From Azolla caroliniana (taxonomy: Eukaryota > Plantae > Polypodiophyta), in the NCBI GenBank assembly GCA_043228905.1, contig JBHGNT010000005.1, positions 13,578,001 to 13,642,000 of the forward strand: 64,000 nucleotides of DNA, written 5' to 3'. The notes below the pieces were generated by a model. That model was not told where the DNA came from, searched no databases, and saw only the letters and a program-made list of their open reading frames with translations. Positions within the stretch are counted from its first letter, which is position 1; every line of letters starts with the position of its first letter. The position numbers and the translations under genes are program-made. Below, one piece after another: positions 50,962-61,121 of this stretch.

Positions 50962-51529
50962 ATGGCACTGTCGGAAGAGGCACGCCAATGGATGATAGAG
51001 AACGGGTTAGAAGGATTGCTGCGGATCGCCGACGCTCCACCACACGCAGAACCGGAGCAGGTGGCAGCATCGATTGATTTATCAGAAGTCACGGAAGGAG
51101 CGGTGCAGGCGCTCACGGGGATAAAAGCAGGAGGACTTCAAACGATCGAAAACCCTTCAAGTCAAATCCTGTTCGAATATTTCGGTGAGTATTCCATCAA
51201 CAGCAAGGCGTACCGAACACAGGGCGGAGAGAACCTGCTGTTCGGAGAAGTGGCCCGCGCCATGATGGAGTACGGATTCGTGAATTCGAGAAAGCGACAC
51301 TAGTAACAGAACAGAGCCTGGAACGGAGGAAGAACAGGAAGAACCCGGACGGAGCGGTGAGGAAGCACTGGCACCACAGAATCAAGCAGAGCCGGAGCAG
51401 CAAATTTTTACGGAACAGCCAACCCAACCAGAGGTCGGAGACCAAGCAAGCAAGGAACAGGGATTGGAGGAAGAGGCACCACTTGACACCTTCGAGCGGA
51501 GTTTGCTCGATATTTTGGAGGAAGACTGA
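50962..51529 (+). pseudogene. 3' extra ORF of element G (unknown function, probably internally deleted)
   Basis: Starts MALSEEARQWMIENGLEGLL after an A-rich spacer; after a frame break ends EEAPLDTFERSLLDILEED*. Confidence 0.6.
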
Positions 51530-52133
51530 GGTCGGGAGTGGGTTCGAGGTGTAAGGCACTTTCCCACGGGCGTGCCATGTGTTGGCCGGTTAGAAGAGCA
51601 AGGACAAGTGGGAAAGCGGAGTCGGATCGGCAGGAGGACTTCAAACGATCGAAAACCCTTCAAGTCAAATCCTGTTCGAATATTTCGGTGAGTATTCCAT
51701 CAACAGCAAGGCGTACCGAACACAGGGCGGAGAGAACCTGCTGTTCGGAGAAGTGGCCCGCGCCATGATGGAGTACGGATTCGTGAATTCGAGAAAGCGA
51801 CACTAGTAACAGAACAGAGCCTGGAACGGAGGAAGAACAGGAAGAACCCGGACGGAGCGGTGAGGAAGCACTGGCACCATAGAATCAAGCAGAGCCGGAG
51901 CAGCAAATTTTTACGGAACAACCAACCCAACCGGAGGTCGGAGACCAAGCAAGCAAGGAACAGGAATTGGAGGAAGAGGCACCACTTGACACCTTCGAGC
52001 GGAGTTTGCTCGATATTTTGGAGGAAGACTGAGGCCGGGAGTGGGTTCGAGGTGTAAGGCACTTTCCCACGGGCGTGCCATGTGTTGGCCGGTCAGAAGA
52101 GCAAGGACAAGTGGGAAAGAGGAGTCGGATCGG
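51128..52133 (+). repeat. 503-bp tandem duplication (51128-51630 / 51631-52133) covering the ORF tail, tRNA mimic and first 51 bp of the LTR
   Basis: Near-identical copies at offset 503. Confidence 0.95.
52041..52080 (+). promoter_or_regulatory. tRNA-Arg 3'-end mimic at the PPT position of element G (second copy at 51538-51577)
   Basis: GTGGGTTCGA-GGTGTAAGGCACTT-TCCCAC-GGGCGTGCCA, then TG, then LTR TGTTGGCC. Confidence 0.75.
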
Positions 52134-55076
52134 ATAATAGGAAGTAAATAATTGTATATTTATTATTCGGAGGGATGGATCTGGTACAGTTGTACCAATC
52201 TGGATCCGGACCGATTCGGATGCCGGTTGCCTAAGCGCACCGATTGTAACCTTGTCGGATGCCTATAAAAGGATCCGATGATTTGTAAATGCTTTACGGA
52301 AGTAATACAATTATACTTATTGCGTGTTTATCTTTGTCTTTGTATTGTTTTACCGTCTGTGCTTAGTGTAATCATCTTACGCGTGTAACCTAACATCCAA
52401 TCCTTACCACCCCTTTGGAGAAGTGTCGGATAGACACCTGTGTTGAGGCTAGTCCGGCCAGGCATACAACAAAAAATGCATTCTCATCAGTGACTCAGAT
52501 GAACAGAAGGGTTATAAGTGTTATAACCCCCGATTGAAAGCGGTCTGAGTTAGCCTAGATGCTGTCTTCGATGAATCGACATCCTGGTACTTCACTTCAC
52601 CCGAGTCCGAGTTTATTGTTGTTGATGATCCAGTGGAATCTAGAACAGAGAGAAGCACAGCGGAATCCAAACATCCGGATAGTTCGATTTCTCTCTGGAT
52701 GATTGGACCGAATCTGGACTGGTTGAGCCGGATTGGTCAACTAGATGGCGAGCCTGCGAGTAGTGAAGATTCGGCCATGCTCACCCCGCACAAGGAACCG
52801 AGGAGACGGTTCACGCACAAAGAGAAGGGGTAGAAGAAGATGTTGGAATACGACACTAGCAGAGATGAGTCGGATCGGAGTGAATCCGACTCCGGACAAA
52901 GAAGAGACGCACCTTCAGAGACGATGTCCGAGCCAGTCAAGAGGGCTTGAAATCGGCTAACGAGAAGTTACGTTGATCCACTTGCTAGAAGAAACCCGTA
53001 AAAATGTAAGAGTACAGTGAGAACATGGCGGATCACTATGTGTACATGCTGAAAGTGGTAGTAATGCGTGAACCGAACAGCTATGGAGAAGCAGCAAAGG
53101 ACGCAAATTGGCGTGCAGCTATGGAGGGAGAGATGCACGCAGTCACGGAAAACGAGACGAGGTATGTAGTGGATGTATCAAAAGGAGTGAAGCTGATTGG
53201 ATGACGATGTGTATACAAGGTTAAATACAACACGTACAGGTACAAGTCCCGATTAGTGGCCACGGGCTACGCGCAGCAGCACCACATTGATTATGATGAG
53301 ACATCCCGCCGGTCGCAAAGATGATGACCTTCCGTGTTCTGCTTGTTGTGGAAATGGAGAAGGGATGGCATCTACATCATATGGATGTAAAGAACGCACT
53401 CCTGCAAGGTGATCTTTCGGAACAAGTGTATATGATTCAGACCCCTGGATTTTAGTTCAGAGTGAACACATCAGCTATATGCCGATTGAAGAAGTCCCTC
53501 TACGGACTCAAGCAAGCCCCGCGTGCCTGGAACGCGAAGATCACATAGAGACTATGTCAGATGGGGTTTGCTCTGTCAAAATCGGACTCCTCACTTTTCA
53601 TCTTGCAAGGTTAGAACAGACTAGTGAGCATATTGCTCTATGTGGATGATCTTGTCATCGCCAGCCCCGACCTTGACGAAATCGATTGCGTTAAATCCTA
53701 GCTCGCGGCATCGTTTGAAATTAAGGATCTCGAAATCCTTCATTACTTCCTTCGGAAGGCATATTGATCAGTCAACACCACTATGTGTTGAGTATGCTCT
53801 TCAAATTCAGTATGATGGAATGCAAATTCGTCTCGACTCCTCTGGACTGGAATGTGAAGCTTTGGCCCGACTTCGGAATGGCATGTGACCGAAAAAGGTT
53901 CCGACAAATAGTCAGAAGCCTTATCTATCTGACCATCACCCGACCGGACCTCAGTTATCCAGTCAGATTGATCACTCAATTCATGGCTTATCTAACTTTG
54001 GAGCAACTTCAATGCACACACCGAATAGTAGGTCTAAATCTGGATATGCATCTTCACTTGGAAGCGTCGCGGTCGCCTGGAGCAATAAGAAGCAGCTGAC
54101 AGTAGCATTGTCAAGCACCGAGGCTGAGTACTGTCTGATCCGACGACGATCTATTGTGACAACCTCAGCAGCATCCAGTTGGCAAAGAACCATGTCTGTC
54201 ACGCCTGGACCAAGCACATTGACGTGCCCTACCATTTTGTCTCTGAGCGTGCCCTCTTTAGTGAAGTTGAACTGGTGTATGTTCCGACAGATCGGCAGGT
54301 GGCCGATATCTTGACCAAACCCCTCGGCTTAGACAAGTTGCTGCAATTTTCCGATGCAATGGGTGTGCAGTACCTCGATATGAAAGGAGGAATGAGAAAA
54401 GCGACCGAAAAACCGAGTCAAAAACCGATTTCGACTTCGGCTCGACTGAAGAAGTCAAAGTGTATGGGACGGCTGAAGAAGCCGAGACCGGACGTAGGGG
54501 AGCAACCGGAACGGGGAGCTCGAGCTAAAGCCAATCGAAGGAGGAGGAAAAGCCGGAAATGCCAGGACCTAGACGTGGTCTGACGTGGTGAAGGGCTTGA
54601 AGATTAAAGATGAATTGGAGACAACCATTTCGGATAGGAGCTGGAACAAATTGGAGGCACCCGGTTCGGAAGAGGTCTTTGATTCAGATGAGCCGGATCA
54701 ACTCTAGGCCAAATGGACGAGGAGGTAGCGGAAGTCAACACCGACACGGAGGAACCGTGCTAAAGTCGCAACAACAAGGGAGTTGAGAAGGGCCTTATGA
54801 GTAGACAAGCCGACCGAGAAGGTCGAGGTGCGCATGACCGGACAGGTCGTGGGAAGCGGAACCCGATGGGTCGAGGAGTACGAGCAAGGCGTGAAGACGC
54901 AAGGAGGAGCCGGAGGGAAACACCGGCAGACACTGACACCGACACAACAATCCGATCATAAGTTGAGCTTGAGGGGGAGTGTTGAGCGGACAAGCTCAAC
55001 CAGATCCCGATCGGTTGAACAAGCTAGAGCTAGATCAATGTCCCAAACAAGGAACCGGATTGGTGTCCAGAAGGTA

Positions 55077-55101
55077 CCCTAAACCCCAAACCCTAAACCC
55101 T
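55077..55101 (+). repeat. Interstitial plant telomeric repeat (CCCTAAA) x3.5 at a rearrangement junction
   Basis: CCCTAAA CCCCAAA CCCTAAA CCCT between the truncated Copia LTR and a Gypsy gag fragment. Confidence 0.8.
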
Positions 55102-57110
55102 GTACCTTTGGAATGGTAGGGTGCACGCGAGTGACACATGGAGAATGCTTGAAGTAAACCCCGGACAAGGCAGCATGAAGAGGTTGATGGAGGAGGCCAC
55201 GATGCGGCACGTCGAGGCCATCCACTACTCGGCCTCGGCCGACATGTGCGTAGGTAGAATGGCAGCTAACGCCGATACAAACCCCAGGTTTTGGCCGGTG
55301 GTACTAGAAACCTTCTCCGAAAGGAGGCTGAAGAAGGGAGAAGTTGACCGCGCGGAGAAACAAGTATGCGATGTCCTTGGATGGAGCGACCCAATTGAGG
55401 AAAGTACCAGCTTTATGGAAGCCGCGTGCCAGAACTACGAGGTTCTGGTTGATGATAAGCGGACCGGAAAGACCGGAGGAGCTGGCCGTTCAAGGAGGTA
55501 TGACACCCAGTGCGGACCCATTCAGGAGAAGGAGAAGGCCAAGGTCCCGATCTTCCGGTTAAGCTCGGAAATCGAGAAAACATCGGACCTACGAAAAGGT
55601 TATGGAGGAGCAAGTCCTCGATAGTCCCATAGAACTCACACTAAGAGAAGTGCTAGGCATAGCAAGGAGAGAGTTCCATGACAACATCGTGGATCCCGTA
55701 AAAAGGAAGCACCTCGTGATAGAACCAAAACCAAAACCAAAACCAGAGAAGCCGGTTGAAGTAAGGGTGGCGCTTCTTGACGAAGTGGCCACGGATGACA
55801 AGCTTGCGGAAAGCTACTACGCAAGGCCACACTGGGCAAGAGCGACGACAGAAACCCTGGTTTGTATTGGGGATGTGAAGGAACCAGTGGTGGCATTGAT
55901 TGACCACGGGTCGGAAATTAACCTAATTTCTATGGACTTCTACTATAAGGGGAAATGGCCGATCAACACCAAGCATGGGTGAAAGATACGTGTGGCTACG
56001 AGGGCCAGGGAATAGTTGCACGGGGCTTGTCCGAATGCCAGAGTAAGTGCCAGGGACGTCGAGATAGACCAACACTTTTCGTGCAAGAGACATCTTCCAA
56101 ACTGTTCATCCTCGGCGAGCCATACATCACGGAAGCTTTAATGGAGACCAAAGTGCTAGAAAATGGTTCGGCCTACGCAAGGGTCAAGAGTCAGGACAGT
56201 CGTCACTCCATCCAGTTTTTGACAGTGCGGCAGAATCATCAACGTAATCGGGACAACCTCGGCAATAATGGCTGAGAGGATTTTTAGAAAGGACTATCAA
56301 GGCGTGGGGCCGCAGTAGTCCGGAGGACCGGAACAAACCCCACACCTATACAATAGGTAGGAAAGTTTTGTTCTCCAATAACGGAGGTTGTACCATAACC
56401 GGCATTAGCGGTTGAGAAAAGAAACAAGCCCAAGTGCACTTAAAGGTGTACGGAGCCATGGGCCACGACGAGGGAATTGGCAACACCGTGGAGGTGGTCT
56501 CACTTGATGACACCCTTGGAGAAATCGAGAGGGTAATCAAAGGAGGTCTAAATGAAGATCGGTTCATACCCGTTAACTCAATCGAGATGTACGAAGTCAT
56601 TGCGGACTTCAAAAGGAAAATCGGGGCGCATCAGACCGCCCACGTGGACACCAAGTACAAGACTGTGAACCAGAAGGTGAAGCCAGTCACGGAGCCCTTG
56701 CCAGAGGGCAACTAGGAACGAATAAAGAGGGTTGCCACCGACCCAAGCTTGCGAGATTCGGCAGGCATAGGACACTGGTTCACCGACAAGATTCTGCGAG
56801 AGCTTCCTACTACCGGCAAAAGAGGACTGGTTCAGGAGGATGCTCGAGAGGCATGAGAAAGCCTTCGCATTCTCTCTGGGAGAGATCGGGTGCGTCGACC
56901 CGACCGTTGTCGAACCAATGGTAATCTTTACGGGGCCGCAACTGACATGGAGTCTCAAGGCAATTCAGGTACCAAGAGCTCACACTTCGATGTTGATGGA
57001 GCTTCTTAAGCAGAAAGTGGAGTTGGGCATCCTCGAACCATCGACTGCCCCTTACTCCAATCGGTGGTTTACAGTACCAAAGAAGAATGGCACGCTACAC
57101 TTCATTCAGT
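55102..57110 (+). pseudogene. B-family Gypsy fragment (gag C-terminus, protease, start of RT)
   Basis: YLWNGRVH, ALIDHGSEINLISMD, EIGCVDPTVVEPMVIF, APYSNRWFTVPKKNG; collinear with element B2. Confidence 0.88.
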
Positions 57111-57509
57111 ACCAACCGGAGCAAGTCAAAAGATGATCTTGTCTTAAAAAGGTCTAGTCTAATGATGTTACTTAATAGTGATGTTGACGATATTAACATC
57201 AGTGTGCTATCTAAGGTAATTGGTGTTAGTAGAAAAAGTGTGTACAATACATTGAACCAGATAGTTTCCTCTGGTGAAGTAACTAGTATGCTAAAGCTAA
57301 CAACAAGATGTAAGCCAATGACACCCATAACATCAAAAATCAAGGATATAATCACAATATTTTGGACTAATGACAGTACGGTTTCACCCAATAAGAAGGA
57401 TTTATGTAGGAAACGTGTTGGAAGGAGTCAATATGAGGAGCATCTCATTCATCTTCTTGATGTACCTCAGGTATTTACATTTATCTCCACATTTGTTTTG
57501 ACTTTTGAG

Positions 57510-58800
57510 CTTAGTTAGTTAGCTTATTAGCTACCTCCGAATATGACCATACCCAAATAGCTAATTACCTACCTCAGAATATGACCATAGCTAACTAGCT
57601 ACCAATAATAGCTAATTAACTCCCTAAGAATATCGCTACCAAAATAACTAATTAGCTACCATTCATAGCTATTTAGCTACTACAATAGCTAATTAGCTTC
57701 CTATAACAATAGCTAATTAGCTTCCTATAACAGTAGCTAATTAGCTACCAGAGTAGTTAATTAGCTACTTATGACTATAACTAATTAGCTACCAGAATTG
57801 CTAATCCCCTACTAGAATAGCTATTGTACTAAACTATGGTAGTACCTAATTAGGTACTATACTAAATGATGGTAGTAGCTAATTAGCTACTCAACTAAAC
57901 TATGGTAGTAGGTAATTAGCAACCATTTAACTAGTTTGCTACTGTACTAGACTATGGTAGTAGCTAATTAGCTACCATTTAGCTAATTAGCTACTCAACT
58001 AAAGTATGGTAGTAGCTAATTAGCTAAGTGGTTTCTAATTAGCTACTACCATACTTTAGTTGAGTAGCTAATTAGCTATATGTACTAAAGTATGGTAGTA
58101 GCTAATTAGCTATATGTACTAAAGTATGGTAGTAGCTAAAATCTTGATTTTTTAATTCTATATCATAGGTAGCGTTGTTAGCTTCGATTCGCATGTTTGA
58201 ACACAAAAATCCGATATCACACGAGCCAGGTATGAACATTTTCATTTCCTAACGGGCTCTTCTCCACTACCTCCTCAAATTTGCTAATTTCTTCATGTCT
58301 CTCGACCTGAGTTTCAAAATCTTGATGTGTTAATTCCATAACACAGCTAGCGTTGTTAGCTTCGATTCGCATGTTTGAACACAAAATCCCGATATCACAC
58401 GAGCCAGGTATCAACATTTTCGCTAAATGGTAGCTAAATGGTAGCTAATTAGCTATATGTACTAAAGTATGGTAGTAGCTAATTAGCTACCACTTCACTA
58501 ATTAGCTACTCAGCTAAAGTATGGTAGTAGCTAATTACCTACTGTACTAAACCATGGTAGTAGCTAATTAGCTACCACTTACCTAATTAAATATTGTACT
58601 AAACTATGGTAGTAGCTAATTAGCTACCACTTAGTTAATTACCTACTGTACTAAACCATGGTAGTAGCTAATTAACTACCACTTACCTAATTAACTATTG
58701 TCCTAAACTATGGTAGTAACTAATTAGCTACCACTTAGCTAATTAGCTATTGTACTAAACTATGGTAGTAGCTAATTAGCGAAGTGGTAGCTAATGAGCT
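57510..58800. repeat. Intronic satellite built on the palindrome TAGCTAATTAGCTA (array 1)
   Basis: Units such as CTGTACTAAACTATGGTAG-TAGCTAATTAGCTA (33 bp) and CCACT-TAGCTAATTAGCTA (19 bp); mixed orientations. Confidence 0.92.
58138..58421. repeat. About 1.6 copies of an unrelated 178-bp unit embedded in the satellite
   Basis: 58138-58243 is repeated at 58316-58421 (offset 178). Confidence 0.85.
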
Positions 58801-61121
58801 AATAAGTATGTCTATTTTATTACACAGGTTGATTTATTTATTAGGTTCAGGCGAATGCATCCAAATATCAAAGTTCAACTACGAACATTCGAGTCTCTTA
58901 AGCCACACTTTGTGAGACTTTTGAAGGATCGATACACATGTTGTTGCATTTACCATGTACAAATGGATTTTCTCAAGAACTATGTTAATGTACTACGTCA
59001 CCATAGCACCTCCCTAACTATAATGGAGTTTGGACTTGCGAGTGCCCAATTTGTCGATCGAGCCTACATGAGCATTGTAAATCATTTGAGCATGTTATCT
59101 CTTCCATGAATTGTCTTTTATATTCAGTATTGTGTCTCAGAGAAAGTCAGGCCATCTTCCACAGTCATAAGTGTGTCATGGGTTTATGTCAAGATAATGG
59201 TTCTAGTAGATTTAGGTGGTGTCCAAATGAATTGAGTAGTGAAATATTAATTTCTGTGAAGTTATTTGAGTCAGTTGACACCAATTTCGAAGGAAAGGTG
59301 TGTAAAAGAAAGGATTTAGTTAGGAAGTCGCTTAAACCAGGGGATTTGGCGTCCCTATTTGTAGTATCTCTAAGAAAGTTCATTAAACACACCTTCATTT
59401 ATTCATGGCAAGCCCATCCGTTTAAGACTTGCATATCTGATTTTCCAAATGATGTAGTAAGTCTCAGTAGTAGATTTTGCAGAGAATTATACTTTCAAGC
59501 AGCAAAATAAAATTCAATCTATGCATTGGTGTTCAGCGCAAGTAACCATTTTTGTGCACATAACATATTTTCGAGTTTTAGGTGATGTTAAAAAAGTAAT
59601 TCATTTTTTTTTCTGATGATAAGAAGCATGATACCTTGTTCGTCCAACATTGTTTTAACTTACATTGACAATGGTTATTAGCTAAACGTTTGGAGCTTAC
59701 TCAACATTGGGTCTGGTCTAATGGAGCTTCGTCACAATTCAAGGCTAGACGTCCATTTTATTTTGTGGGGAGGTATCCTACTATAATAGGTTTGGAGATG
59801 AGATGGAATTTTTTTGGTTCTTGCCATGGTAAAGGTGAACATGATGGTGTAGGTGCTGTTATAAAGCGGGCACTTACCCATGAACAACTAAAGGCATATG
59901 GTGTGCAAATGAATTATGCAAAACATGTAGTTAAATTTTTAAGAGCTAATATGTCAACGAATGCAACTGGTTTTTATTCCTCGTAGGTCCGAGATATCAA
60001 ATGTGAATTTTGGGAACTGAAGATAGATGAAGTAAATAGGGAGAAGACCTAGGAGTGCCAAGGAATTCCTGAATTGTGATCTCTCCATGTTGTTCGCGGT
60101 TATTCTAGGTTGGATGGTCATTGTATTGTGGTTAGAGAATTAACTTGTTTTTGCTTCCATTGTGTGCAGGGAAATTGGAGGTATTGTTTAAACAAAGAAT
60201 ATATTTAGAATTGGGAGTATCATACATTGAATGATAAGGAAGCAATTATTGGAGAAATAGAAAAGAATGCTGACTTCACATATCAAGGACATGGAGATAC
60301 TCTGAGTGATGTCTTAAATGTTGGGGATAATTTCGTTGTAAATGCAGAAGAAGTCAATTAAGAGGCAGTTGATTTCTATATATTGAAGTGCACGGTTAGT
60401 AAACAGTGTGCAACGCAGAATATATTAGATGCTTTGGGAAATGTTGTATCTACCGGGACATTCTACAGCGAAGGTATTTTTTATGCAAGACTAGATGATT
60501 ACGATTATGTGTATAGGCTATTAGAAGACAAACCAGTGGTGTACATGTACTCTCATTTGGTCAGGTGCATCAATGTCCTAATGTCGCAATACAATAGCTG
60601 CTCAGGTTTATACATAGTTAGTGCTAATGTGTATGAATGTATTTACAACAGTATGCCATGGAATTTGTAGCTACAAGTAGCAATTACCAGTTTTCTTGTA
60701 AAATAGACAAATCACATGTAAATAAACAGTTTAATGGACCTATTTGGGAGTTTTTTATTTATATACATTCTACTTTTTGTGCTTCTTTTTCAATAAAATC
60801 ACGTCTTTTTTATATACAGTCTTCTTTTTGGTATACAGTTTGTTAATATCGTTTAGGGTTCTTCTTTCTGAGATACAGATTTACTCAAGTGAACCATGTA
60901 CAAGTTAAAATAGTTTGCATAATTTTAAGAAAAGCACTATCATGAAATCAACATCGGGTAGAATAATGCCGGAAATGTTGAAGACAACATTTCATCGAGT
61001 AGAATAAGAAGGCCCAAAAATCAGAAAGTCTTTTGAATATTTTCACGCGTTACTCACCCATCCGCCACTGGAAACACCATGAAGATGCTTCCCATCTGAC
61101 TTGCATGTGTTAGGCATGCTG

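Larger units (their letters stand above)
44192..52471 (+). mobile_element. Non-chromovirus Gypsy element G, near full length, with 3' extra ORF and no PPT
   Basis: 389-bp LTRs 44192-44580 and 52083-52471 (about 8 differences by eye); TSD AAAAA; PBS TGGCGACCAC at 44587-44596 (tRNA-Arg(UCG)-like). Confidence 0.95.
41604..55078 (+). mobile_element. Degenerate Copia element F (D/E family) containing Gypsy G
   Basis: 5' LTR 41604-42045; PBS TTGTATCAGAGT; gag from 42137; WYIDSGA protease; integrase split at AKVEK|CILI; RT/RH 53000-54380; PPT 54971-54979; truncated 3' LTR from 54980. Confidence 0.9.
57113..60670 (+). pseudogene. Decayed DDE transposase, Sola2-like, with a phase-0 intron at 57471-58827
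   Basis: CAG|GTATTT...TACACAG|GTT joins in frame; motifs FESLKPHFV..TCCCIYH, DFAENY..QSMHW..QVTI, SDDKKHD, WSNGASSQFK, WNFFGSCHGKGEHDGVGAVIKR, CFCFHC; frameshifts and stops. Superfamily assignment is from recalled motifs. Confidence 0.7.

Noticed and set aside
52062-52120. Conformational switch pairing CTTTCCCAC of the tRNA mimic with GTGGGAAAG in the LTR
   Set aside because: Possible in G and partly in C, but not seen in H; too little support to report separately
55077-55101. True chromosome end or ancient telomere fusion
   Set aside because: Only 3.5 units in one orientation, with no subtelomeric structure
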